Of a DNA stretch of 30,295 nt, positions 18,726 to 27,238 are shown one piece after another (position 1 is the stretch's first letter; each line of letters begins with the position of its first letter). The position numbers and the translations under genes are program-made. The notes under the pieces were generated by a model. It did no database searches, had not been told where the DNA came from, and saw only the letters and a program-made list of their open reading frames with translations. Where the stretch lies: assembly GCA_964645535.1 (NCBI GenBank), contig CAZYCQ010000041.1, positions 1 to 30,295 on the forward strand. Reading direction: 5' to 3'. The stretch comes from an uncultured archaeon (lineage in GTDB: Archaea > Asgardarchaeota > Heimdallarchaeia > Heimdallarchaeales > Kariarchaeaceae).

Positions 18726-19892
18726 CTATATCTGAGTGAAATAGGGGAAATTGGATAGTTGATGACCTCCTTGGTCTGTCACCAACCAAGAATCTTCAAT
18801 TCCTACACCCGTTTTTAGCTCAGGAATCATTAATTTCGGTTCAATTGCAATGGTATTTCCTGATTCCAATGGATCTGTATAGGAAGGCGTGATGATCGGA
18901 AATTCATCAAGTTCTAATCCAATCCCATGACCGATGAATTTTACCTTGTCCGAATGAAGACCCATGAAACGATCCTCATATCCCAACTCCCGAACAAGCT
19001 GTTCAAGATCGGTATAGATTTCCGGAGGACTGGCGCCCTTCCTGAGCAATATCTTGCATTTTTCCTGAACCGCTTCTGCAATTCTATATGTTTCCACAAT
19101 TCTTTCATCAACTGATCCGACAAAAAATGTTCTTGTAACATCTGTAATGTAACCTTCAACAACTCCCGTCGTATCAATAAGCACAGGATCTCCATTCTTG
19201 ATCTTTCTTCTGCTTGGTCCAACCATATGGAGACGTGTTGATCCTTGTCCGGAAACAGGACCAAACATGGAATTTAATGTGATGGTGCTTTCTCCTGCCA
19301 TTACATAAGCATTGGTAACAAGATTGTGCTGAAATGTGCGAACCTGTGTCCAACCCGGATGGCCGTTGGCGCGGAGATACCTCTCGATTTCTGCTGAGAC
19401 TTCCATCTCTGTCATTCCGGCTCTGATGAAATTCTTTGCATGTTCAAAGCTTTCATCTGTCAACTTTGCCGATTTCTCCATATATTTGATTTCCTCGGAT
19501 GATTTGACTGATCTTATCTTCCTGAGATGAGAACTGATGTCTATAATTTCGGGAGAATCAAAAGCCCTTTTGATATAATCCACGGTTTTGTATGGAAGAA
19601 TGTCCAATTCCAACCCCAATCGTTCAATTTTGATATCCTTGGCTCTCTGTTTAAACCATCTGTAACTTGACATGAATTGAACCGGGTACTGGCTAACTTG
19701 ACTTGCCAAGTCTGGATTCCTTCTTACAAGGCGTATGCTTCTATCTTCCGAAAATTCAATGACCCCATCAAGACCGGTTCCTGAATAATAGAACAGATCT
19801 GGTCTGTTGAATACGTAAACAAGATCCAAATCTTTTATTGTTTCTCGTACTTTCTTTTCTCTTGATTTGAATTCATTTTCTGAGAAGACCAC
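18726..19892 (-). CDS. M24 family Xaa-Pro peptidase (creatinase/prolidase N-domain plus pita-bread domain)
   Basis: DLFYYSG, LRKIRSVKSSEEI, metal ligands in IDTTG..GYITDVTRT, GHGIGLELDE, AIEPK, GIEDS. GTG start. Confidence 0.9.
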   Translation of the reverse strand: MVFSENEFKSREKKVRETIKDLDLVYVFNRPDLFYYSGTGLDGVIEFSEDRSIRLVRRNPDLASQVSQYPVQFMSSYRWFKQRAKDIKIERLGLELDILPYKTVDYIKRAFDSPEIIDISSHLRKIRSVKSSEEIKYMEKSAKLTDESFEHAKNFIRAGMTEMEVSAEIERYLRANGHPGWTQVRTFQHNLVTNAYVMAGESTITLNSMFGPVSGQGSTRLHMVGPSRRKIKNGDPVLIDTTGVVEGYITDVTRTFFVGSVDERIVETYRIAEAVQEKCKILLRKGASPPEIYTDLEQLVRELGYEDRFMGLHSDKVKFIGHGIGLELDEFPIITPSYTDPLESGNTIAIEPKLMIPELKTGVGIEDSWLVTDQGGHQLSNFPYFTQI

Positions 19893-20012
19893 AATTCAGA
19901 TTATCACCAGTTTATTCTTAACTTGTTCGGAAGAACAATATTTTCATTGAGCATGGGATTTTCCCCCTTTCCTGAAGAAAAAGATTAAACCTACGTATCC
20001 TTAATCTATACA

Positions 20013-20930
20013 ATGCGGTACATCATCACAGGTGGGTCTGGGTTTATTGGACAATTGCTGATTCCCAATCTTCCAAAGGATTCTGAAATCTTTGTATTGA
20101 CCAGAGGAGAGTCAAAAGAAATTGGATCCGTCAAATATGTTACTTGGGATGCAAGAACTAGGTCTGGCTGGTCAGATTTAATCACAGAGGATACAATTAT
20201 CCTCAATTTGGCAGGACACAATATTTCCAAAGGACGCTGGACAAAGAAGACCAAGGACAAGATCATTTCAAGCAGAGTTCAAGCAGGCAAAGCCTGTGTT
20301 GATGCCATTGCTAAATCAGGTGTTACCCCTTACTGCTTTTTTCAGGCATCTGCGGTTGGTTATTATGGATGGCATGCTGACGAAATTCTGGATGAGGAAT
20401 CAAAAGGTACAGGTGCTGATTTTCTGAGCCAGGTCTGTATGCAATGGGAAGAATCAACTTCCTCCCTTGAAACGATGGGGGTGCGCCGTATTGTTGGGAG
20501 GATCGGTGTGGTGTTTCATCCAAAACATGGTGCATTTCCTCTTTTGGTTCTTCCTATCAAGCTTTTTGTTGGAGGTCCTGTTGGTACGGGTAACCAATGG
20601 ATTTCTTGGATACATTATCAGGATTTGATTCGTTCGATTCTTTTCGCGATCAACAACAAAAATACACATGGTGTTTTCAATCTTACCTCTCCTTGTCCTG
20701 TGATCAATAAGAAATTGGGTCATGAAATCGCGAAGAAGTTGCGACGACCTTTTTGGTTCAGAACCCCATCCTTCGTTTTGAAAATGGTGTTGGGCAAGAA
20801 GGCCGAAATTGTTTTGGCAGGTCAGCGAGTGTTTCCTCAACGCCTTGTTGATATGGGTTTTGAATTCGAATTTCCAACAATTGAAAAATGTCTAGATGAT
20901 CTTTTGGGAAGAAACAAAGTGAATGATTAA
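20013..20930 (+). CDS. TIGR01777-type NAD-dependent epimerase-like oxidoreductase (YfcH/SDR39U1 family)
   Basis: ITGGSGFIG, NLAG.NI..RWT..K..I.SSRV, ASAVGYYG, FLSQVC.QWE, GTGNQWISWIH, GQRVFP. Confidence 0.9.
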   Translation: MRYIITGGSGFIGQLLIPNLPKDSEIFVLTRGESKEIGSVKYVTWDARTRSGWSDLITEDTIILNLAGHNISKGRWTKKTKDKIISSRVQAGKACVDAIAKSGVTPYCFFQASAVGYYGWHADEILDEESKGTGADFLSQVCMQWEESTSSLETMGVRRIVGRIGVVFHPKHGAFPLLVLPIKLFVGGPVGTGNQWISWIHYQDLIRSILFAINNKNTHGVFNLTSPCPVINKKLGHEIAKKLRRPFWFRTPSFVLKMVLGKKAEIVLAGQRVFPQRLVDMGFEFEFPTIEKCLDDLLGRNKVND

Positions 20931-20950
20931 GAGTCGGAATGTTCTAGCGT

Positions 20951-22327
20951 TTGATGGTGAATCTACTACAGCGGTATATCTCTTACATTAGATCTAGCTT
21001 GGCAGAAGGTTGGCAGGCAATTGTTGGATATTTGATTGGATATTCCATCTTGGGAGTGATGCTGTTTTTCATCCTACTTCCTTTTGTCTTCGGCATCAGT
21101 TATCTTGTAAGTTCAATTTCGAATGGTGCAAATGGATTTCTTGTCCTAAAATATTACTTCCTTTATTACATTCCCGTCTACTTTTTCATGATATTTCTGA
21201 TTAACGGTTACATGCACAAAAGGGTCTATGTGGAGGAAACTCTTGGAGATATCACACCTGAGGAAGTCAGAACGATTTTGAGTGAAGGTTCAGAAGATGA
21301 AATTCTGCATCTGATCAAATTGTTGCCCAAATCAGAATTGAGTCCCATTTTTGTAAGAGATACCCTTACACAGGTTGCAAGAACGTCTACAAATTATAAA
21401 ATCAGGGAACGTGCATTTTCTTCTTTAAGATTGATGATTGATAAGGAAATCATTGTGCCTTCACATTCAAAGCATACCATGCTCGTTCAAGTACATGATC
21501 TCATATCTGGCAATGATCTTTCGTCACTTGCAATAAAGGAAAGAATTGTCGAAATAGAGAACAGGGACGAATTCAGATTTGGAGTCGTCGTTCAAAATGC
21601 CGATCAAAATTCTGATATTGTTGACCTCCCTCTCTACAAAAAGGTTCCAATTTCTTTCTCTATGGAACAACAAATAGATTCTCCTTTGATGATCAATGCC
21701 ACGCAAACAACAGATCAAATCGTTCTGCATTTGACAAACATAGGAATTGATCCCATAACAGCAGTGATCCTCGAACTTTCTTCAGGTTATTTTCAGGAAG
21801 GAACTGAATCTGCTTCTAGGGAAAGAATAGCCAGAATAAAAAAAATTGAACCAAATCAGGCAATTGTGCTTAATATAATAGGTTACAAGAATGATGGTGG
21901 TTTGGATGTTTCATTTGTCCTCAAAAGTGATGAGATAGACAATCTCCAATTTGTCATTCCTTCTGATGACAAAAACGTCCGGATCAATGTTTCTGAACTG
22001 AGACGTGACTTGACAGACAAATCTCTCAATGTCGAATATACATTCAGCAATCCTTATGGATTTGAAATTGAAATTGTCGAAGCCATTCTGAAATACATTT
22101 CTGACCAAAATCCCCATGGAATTGTCTTTGAACTTGATTCAGATGATCTTGAAAAGGAGGTCGGATCAGTCCATCTGAATCCAGGTGACCAAATCTCGAT
22201 CAAAAGGGAAATTGATTTTCCAATTGATGAACATCCGTCTTTCATACCACAGATTGCATATCGCATAATTCCGGATATTGCCAGAGATTTGAAATTCAGT
22301 TGGAAACAACCCTTGACTTTAAAATAA
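20951..22327 (+). CDS. Hypothetical membrane-anchored protein: two TM helices, a short HEAT-like helical segment and beta-sandwich (Ig-like) domains
   Basis: Hydrophobic aa 24-86. LTQVARTSTNYKIRERAFSSL is HEAT-like. Beta-rich repeats FGVVVQN, LHLTNIG..I..V.LEL and VEYTFSNPY..LNPGDQ. Confidence 0.6.
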   Translation: MMVNLLQRYISYIRSSLAEGWQAIVGYLIGYSILGVMLFFILLPFVFGISYLVSSISNGANGFLVLKYYFLYYIPVYFFMIFLINGYMHKRVYVEETLGDITPEEVRTILSEGSEDEILHLIKLLPKSELSPIFVRDTLTQVARTSTNYKIRERAFSSLRLMIDKEIIVPSHSKHTMLVQVHDLISGNDLSSLAIKERIVEIENRDEFRFGVVVQNADQNSDIVDLPLYKKVPISFSMEQQIDSPLMINATQTTDQIVLHLTNIGIDPITAVILELSSGYFQEGTESASRERIARIKKIEPNQAIVLNIIGYKNDGGLDVSFVLKSDEIDNLQFVIPSDDKNVRINVSELRRDLTDKSLNVEYTFSNPYGFEIEIVEAILKYISDQNPHGIVFELDSDDLEKEVGSVHLNPGDQISIKREIDFPIDEHPSFIPQIAYRIIPDIARDLKFSWKQPLTLK

Positions 22328-22353
22328 GGCGTAATCTTCAATCATACTGGATC

Positions 22354-23007
22354 ATGGTAAACATTACTGTTATTGGTGGAACTGGGAATTTCGGAAATGC
22401 GTTGTCCCATCGACTGGCTTCTTTCGGGTTTGCAGTTTCAATCGGGTCTCGTTCCAAAGACAAGGGAAAACAAACGGCAGAGACAATGAACCGGAAGTTC
22501 AATTATCCTCAACCCATTCAAGGTGGATCAAATGATGAATTTCTGGAATCTGACATTATCGTCTTGGCGGTGCCTCCTAAGGAAGCAATCAACCTGCTTT
22601 CCCCCTATAAAGAAGCGCTTGATGGAAAAATCATTTGGGATGTCACTGTTCCGTTGAAATTTGGAAAGTACATTCGAACCGAAACTGAAGCTGGGAAATC
22701 AAATTATGAACTCATTCGTGATTTCTTTGAAAACAGCAAGGTTGTAGGTTGTTTGAAAACCATTGCGGCAGACATTATCAGGGATACATCGATCAAGGAC
22801 AGAGTAAATGCTTTCATTATGGGGACTGATGACGAGGCTGTCAGATTTTCTTCAGAAATCATTTCCCAAATTGGCTTTCTTCCTGTACGGGTCAAAGGCA
22901 AATTTCATGCACACACCCTTGAAAGAATGACTGCTTTGGCCATTCAGATCAATAAGGAGTATAAGGGCTCTCATGTGGCTTTTTCACTGGTAGGCCTGAA
23001 AATTTGA
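22354..23007 (+). CDS. npdG: NADPH-dependent F420 reductase (F420H2:NADP+ oxidoreductase) family
   Basis: ITVIGGTGNFG, IGSRS, IIVLAVP, DVTVPL, LERMTALAI.IN..YK. Start moved to ATG 22354 because the 22300 start overlaps the upstream gene. Confidence 0.85.
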   Translation: MVNITVIGGTGNFGNALSHRLASFGFAVSIGSRSKDKGKQTAETMNRKFNYPQPIQGGSNDEFLESDIIVLAVPPKEAINLLSPYKEALDGKIIWDVTVPLKFGKYIRTETEAGKSNYELIRDFFENSKVVGCLKTIAADIIRDTSIKDRVNAFIMGTDDEAVRFSSEIISQIGFLPVRVKGKFHAHTLERMTALAIQINKEYKGSHVAFSLVGLKI

Positions 23008-23178
23008 AAATATGGATGAACTATTGGGGAATAGAACCAAGTGATTTCATTTTTCTGAATCTTGGGTGGTTGACAATTTTTGAACTTTTGATGTATCCAT
23101 TTATAGTTCAATGTTATTTCACAATCCTTAGATGAGCTTCTAAACTAGAACAATCTTTATCCTTCATTTTGGAAAGGA

Positions 23179-24054
23179 TCAATGAATTTTTGGAACAAGA
23201 AGATGAACATTCAATTTTCTACAGTATGGACACCTTTCCTCTTTTGTCAACCAACTTTTAATGTGATCTCCATAAACTGAAGAACCACAACAATCTAAGA
23301 TGTACAACTGATCAATTTGTATATCTCTTCGACAGATTATGCAATTGAAATTCCCAAATTTCATAATTGTTTCAATATTAATCTCTTTCATTCTATATCT
23401 GTTTTCGTCATTGATTTGTCCAAGGATATTTTTAATTGACTTGATAAGGTTCAAACTTCTGTTCAGAGCATCACTTAACTGGAAAGAATTCTTTTCGGTT
23501 GTGAGGGTAATTCTCTGTTGGAAGTCGATTCTATTTGTATATAAAAGAATATCATGAAGAACATTGCGAAATTCTGGGTCGGAAAGAAGAGAATTTACAA
23601 GGATAACGTTTGAACATTTAATTGACAGGTCATTACTCAAGTCTGGAAAATCTCCTTTGTTGAAACCAAAAACTTTGTTCAATATACTTCTTTTTTTAAT
23701 AACAAGATCCGTTCGTATTTCCCAGGGAATAGCAAACTGAATTTCAAACATCGAAACTAGAACGTCGTTTTTCTGACTCAATACTTCTCTAACATCAAAA
23801 GTTATTCCCTCTTTTGAAACGATGAAATCCTTAAGAACGGAATAACGAAACATTTTGAAAATTCCCGCCCGATCAATGTTTTTTATATATTGTTCAAAAT
23901 TTGGATCAAATTCAAATCCGTCTGAACTAAGAATTCTGTAGATTGACAGGTTTTTGTAATGGTTATTAAGAACTGAAAAATAATAAATTAACAGAAGAAA
24001 ACCAACGATTAGAAGAATGGCACTGATGAATTGGAACATGAAGCCCCATTCCAT
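23179..24054 (-). CDS. Membrane-anchored RING-finger protein (putative E3 ligase), paralog B
   Basis: N-terminal TM helix. C-terminal CIIC-x13-CC-x4-Y-x2-H-x2-SWL-x5-CPYC. Confidence 0.75.
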   Translation of the reverse strand: MEWGFMFQFISAILLIVGFLLLIYYFSVLNNHYKNLSIYRILSSDGFEFDPNFEQYIKNIDRAGIFKMFRYSVLKDFIVSKEGITFDVREVLSQKNDVLVSMFEIQFAIPWEIRTDLVIKKRSILNKVFGFNKGDFPDLSNDLSIKCSNVILVNSLLSDPEFRNVLHDILLYTNRIDFQQRITLTTEKNSFQLSDALNRSLNLIKSIKNILGQINDENRYRMKEINIETIMKFGNFNCIICRRDIQIDQLYILDCCGSSVYGDHIKSWLTKEERCPYCRKLNVHLLVPKIH

Positions 24055-24059
24055 GGTCT

Positions 24060-24075
24060 TGTAATGAAAAAAAAG
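24060..24075 (-). repeat. Conserved upstream motif of RING paralog B (copy 1)
   Basis: + strand TGTAATGAAAAAAAAG, 5 nt from the start codon. A near-identical copy is at 25005-25019. Confidence 0.7.
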
Positions 24076-24124
24076 TCCAATAAAAGAATATCTGGCAAAT
24101 TTTGATGTTTTGCGTAAAATCGGA

Positions 24125-25000
24125 TCAATAACTGTGTGCTATTGGATGCGGATCTAGAAGAACTACGTCTGTTCGTTTACAATAGGGACAACGTGGGTCT
24201 TGGCTCAGCCATCCCAAAATATGCTCTGTATGAGCAACTGATGCACAGCAGTTCAATATTTTCATATTTTGATAAGATGTATTCTTTCGACAAATTACAC
24301 ATTGGAAAGTGAAATTTTCTAATTCTCTCGTGAGCCTTATTTCCTTTACGGTATAACGGACATCACTTTCTACGGTGTTAAGAAGCCTCTGCAAAAGCTG
24401 AGTGAAATTGAGTATGGATTCCAAGGCAAACAATATCCTGTGCCTGTCCTTCGGCACGATAAACGTATTTACCCATCTAATGTCTAGATTCTTTGTATAG
24501 GCCATTACATTTCGTAGCAGACTGAGATTCTGTGGATTGGTCAGTATGCTATTGATAATGAGGAAGTTGGATCCTCTGATATTGAAATCTTTATTCAGAT
24601 GTGAAAAATCTCCGGCATCATATCCAAATATCTTGGACAATAGCCCACGTTTTCGTATTGTTATATCCAGTTGGTTTTTCAGCTTGGGAGGAAATTCAAA
24701 AGTAATCTCATACATTGATTTGGACGTTTCTCCCTGTGTTTCTCTCTTCACTCTTAGTTGAAATGCGATTTGATCCTTCCAAGTCAATATGAATTGGGGT
24801 GGTTTGGTATTGATCCTATCCAACACTGTTCCATTTTGGACTGTTGCGATGTATCTGAGGAAATCATTTGTAAATTGATAACCATAGGAAGCTAAGGTTT
24901 GGAAAAGAAAAACGTTGTCCGAGTGTTCTTTTGATTTTATAAATGCAAAAAAACCAACGATTATGAGAACCATGGTTCCCATAATATAGGCTTCTTCCAT
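24125..25000 (-). CDS. Membrane-anchored RING-finger protein (putative E3 ligase), paralog A
   Basis: N-terminal TM helix. C-terminal CVIC-x13-CC-x4-H-x2-H-x2-GWL-x5-CPYC. Confidence 0.8.
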   Translation of the reverse strand: MEEAYIMGTMVLIIVGFFAFIKSKEHSDNVFLFQTLASYGYQFTNDFLRYIATVQNGTVLDRINTKPPQFILTWKDQIAFQLRVKRETQGETSKSMYEITFEFPPKLKNQLDITIRKRGLLSKIFGYDAGDFSHLNKDFNIRGSNFLIINSILTNPQNLSLLRNVMAYTKNLDIRWVNTFIVPKDRHRILFALESILNFTQLLQRLLNTVESDVRYTVKEIRLTRELENFTFQCVICRKNTSYQNMKILNCCASVAHTEHILGWLSQDPRCPYCKRTDVVLLDPHPIAHSY

Positions 25001-25004
25001 ACTC

Positions 25005-25019
25005 TGTAATGAAAAAAAG
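25005..25019 (-). repeat. Conserved upstream motif of RING paralog A (copy 2)
   Basis: + strand TGTAATGAAAAAAAG, 4 nt from the start codon. Confidence 0.7.
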
Positions 25020-25147
25020 GATAATTTATTACTGTCGAATGATGAATGGACAAATCCTAATGTTCCTGAATCCCGTTAAACATTGATGTCCATCCATTGT
25101 AATAATAATAACACTAATGTTAAATTAGAAACGGTTTTTGGAAAATC

Positions 25148-25339
25148 ATGGAACTAAACAATCAATCCATTACCACATATCTCTGTCCTGTCTGCGACGG
25201 AGAAAATTCGATTAATGAACAACTCGAAATCGGTGAACTTCTTGACTGTTTTGAGTGTGGAAGTGAGTTGGAGGTAGTAAACACTTCTCCTCTAGAACTA
25301 ATTGAATCCGAAATCGAAGCTGAAGATTGGGGTCAATGA
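25148..25339 (+). CDS. lysW: Amino-group carrier protein LysW/ArgW (C-terminal EDWGQ variant)
   Basis: 63 aa and highly acidic. Zn knuckles CPVC and CFECG, ELEVV..PLEL. Ends GAA GAT TGG GGT CAA TGA (EDWGQ). Confidence 0.93.
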   Translation: MELNNQSITTYLCPVCDGENSINEQLEIGELLDCFECGSELEVVNTSPLELIESEIEAEDWGQ

Positions 25340-25342
25340 AGG

Positions 25343-26206
25343 ATGAAAGTTGCCTTCATTCATTCACTTCTAAGACGTGATGAAAAGCTTCTCATTCATG
25401 AATTTCAGAAGAAAGGCATTCCCTTGGAAAGGATTGATACCAGAAAGGTCAAGTCAGTTGTGGATGACCAAGGGTTTTCGCTTCTGGATGGCAATTCTCT
25501 GTCGTTTGATATCGCCATGGAACGATCCATGGGGATGATGGAGGGATTTCTAACGGCTACCGCTTTGGAGAATATAGGGGTTCCTGTCATCAATTCTTCA
25601 CGGACAATTGCCATTTGTGGAAGCAAAATAGAAACCACTATGGAACTGGCTAAACAGCGTATCCCTCAACCTAAAAGCGGTTGGACAACATCTCCCAATT
25701 CAGCAAAGGAAATTGTTGAGGAAATGGGATATCCGGTTGTCCTTAAACCAATTATAGGTTCATGGGGTAGACTGTTGGCCAAAATCAACGATTCAGATGC
25801 ATTGGAGGCAATCTTGGAACATAAGCAAAGATTGGGTGGTTTGATGCATTCTGTCTTTTATTTTCAGCAATACATCGAAAAAGGCGGAAGAGATATCAGA
25901 GCATTTGTAGTGGGTGATGAATGCATTGCAGCAATTTACAGGAACAGTGACCATTGGATAACGAATACTGCAAGAGGAGGCACTGCCACCAATTGTCCAT
26001 TGAATGAGGAATTGAATGACCTTGCCGTCCGATCTGCTGAAGCTGTCGGAGGTGGAATTGTTGCAGTGGACATCATGGAATCCTCAAAAGGATTTCTTGT
26101 TACCGAAGTCAATGCTACCATGGAATTCAAGAACAGTATTGCCACTACAGGCGTCAATATTCCTGAAAAAATGGTCAACTATGTGATAGAGCAGGCGAGG
26201 CGATAG
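25343..26206 (+). CDS. lysX: LysW--alpha-aminoadipate ligase (RimK/ATP-grasp)
   Basis: [69 protein letters not shown]. Confidence 0.93.
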   Translation: MKVAFIHSLLRRDEKLLIHEFQKKGIPLERIDTRKVKSVVDDQGFSLLDGNSLSFDIAMERSMGMMEGFLTATALENIGVPVINSSRTIAICGSKIETTMELAKQRIPQPKSGWTTSPNSAKEIVEEMGYPVVLKPIIGSWGRLLAKINDSDALEAILEHKQRLGGLMHSVFYFQQYIEKGGRDIRAFVVGDECIAAIYRNSDHWITNTARGGTATNCPLNEELNDLAVRSAEAVGGGIVAVDIMESSKGFLVTEVNATMEFKNSIATTGVNIPEKMVNYVIEQARR

Positions 26207-26208
26207 AA

Positions 26209-27228
26209 ATGGTTACAGTTTCAATTATTGGAGGATCTGGATTTGTGGGAGGAGAATTGCTTAGAATCCTTCTGGGACATCCTGAAGTGGAAATTGTACA
26301 GGTTACCTCAGAAAGATTTTCCGGTAGCTATCTCAAAACAGTCCATCCACATTTGAGGGGAAGAACTCAATTAAAATTTGAAAGTGCATCCCATCTCAAG
26401 GATGTGGATGCCATGTTCTTGGCTCTACCTCATGGATATTCATCAAATCGTATCACTGAATTTGATGACCATGCAGAAAAGATCATTGACCTATCTTCAG
26501 ATTTTCGGTTTGCTTCTCCCGAAACCTATAGCAAATGGTATGGCAAGGATCACCCGAATTCTGCATTCCTTGAAAAATTCGTTTATGGTCTTCCTGAACT
26601 TTGGAGAAACGAGATCCGCGATGCAGATTATGTTGCCGTTCCTGGATGCAATGCAACGATTTCCATTCTCTCACTGTTTCCTTTGAGAGACCTGATCAGA
26701 AATGTGACAATAAATGCGACTGTAGGGACTTCTGAAGGTGGAAGAACCCATTCAGAAGCATCACACCATCCGATCAGATCGGGAAGCATGAGAACATATC
26801 GTCCAGTTCTTCATCGTCATATCGGAGAAATCGAGGAACAAATCCAAGCAAGTGGAATCGCTTTCAGTGCAACATCTGTGGACATTGTCAGAGGAGCAAT
26901 GGTGAATATCCATGTACAAACGGACCGCTTCCTTACCGAAAAGGATCTTTGGAAGATTTATCGAAGACAATACGGTGCTGAACCTTTTGTAAGGTTGATC
27001 AATGAGAGAAGGGGAATTTTCAGATATCCCGATCCAAGACTTGTTGCAGGAACAAATTTTGCAGATATTGGCTTTGTTATTGATCCCCATACCGGTGGAA
27101 TCGTGGTTATCGGTGCCATTGACAATCTAATGAAAGGAGCAGCGGGACAGTCAGTCCAAGCGTTCAATCTCATGAACGGATTTGAGGAAACATTGGGACT
27201 TGACTTCCATCCAATTTTTCCATTGTAG
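26209..27228 (+). CDS. lysY: [LysW]-aminoadipyl/glutamyl-phosphate reductase (ArgC family)
   Basis: IIGGSGFVGGELLRIL, VHPHLRG, LALPHG, IDLSSDFR, VYGLPEL, catalytic Cys in PGCNAT, SHHP.RS, HRH..EI, AIDNLMKGAAGQ. Confidence 0.92.
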   Translation: MVTVSIIGGSGFVGGELLRILLGHPEVEIVQVTSERFSGSYLKTVHPHLRGRTQLKFESASHLKDVDAMFLALPHGYSSNRITEFDDHAEKIIDLSSDFRFASPETYSKWYGKDHPNSAFLEKFVYGLPELWRNEIRDADYVAVPGCNATISILSLFPLRDLIRNVTINATVGTSEGGRTHSEASHHPIRSGSMRTYRPVLHRHIGEIEEQIQASGIAFSATSVDIVRGAMVNIHVQTDRFLTEKDLWKIYRRQYGAEPFVRLINERRGIFRYPDPRLVAGTNFADIGFVIDPHTGGIVVIGAIDNLMKGAAGQSVQAFNLMNGFEETLGLDFHPIFPL

Positions 27229-27238
27229 GTGATAAATA

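Noticed and set aside
18726-19892. M24 peptidase as the LysK substitute
   Set aside because: It is distant from the operon, on the opposite strand, and has ordinary Xaa-Pro peptidase motifs.
22300-22353. N-terminal extension of the F420 reductase ORF
   Set aside because: It uses a TTG start overlapping the upstream gene. The Rossmann motif begins right after ATG 22354.
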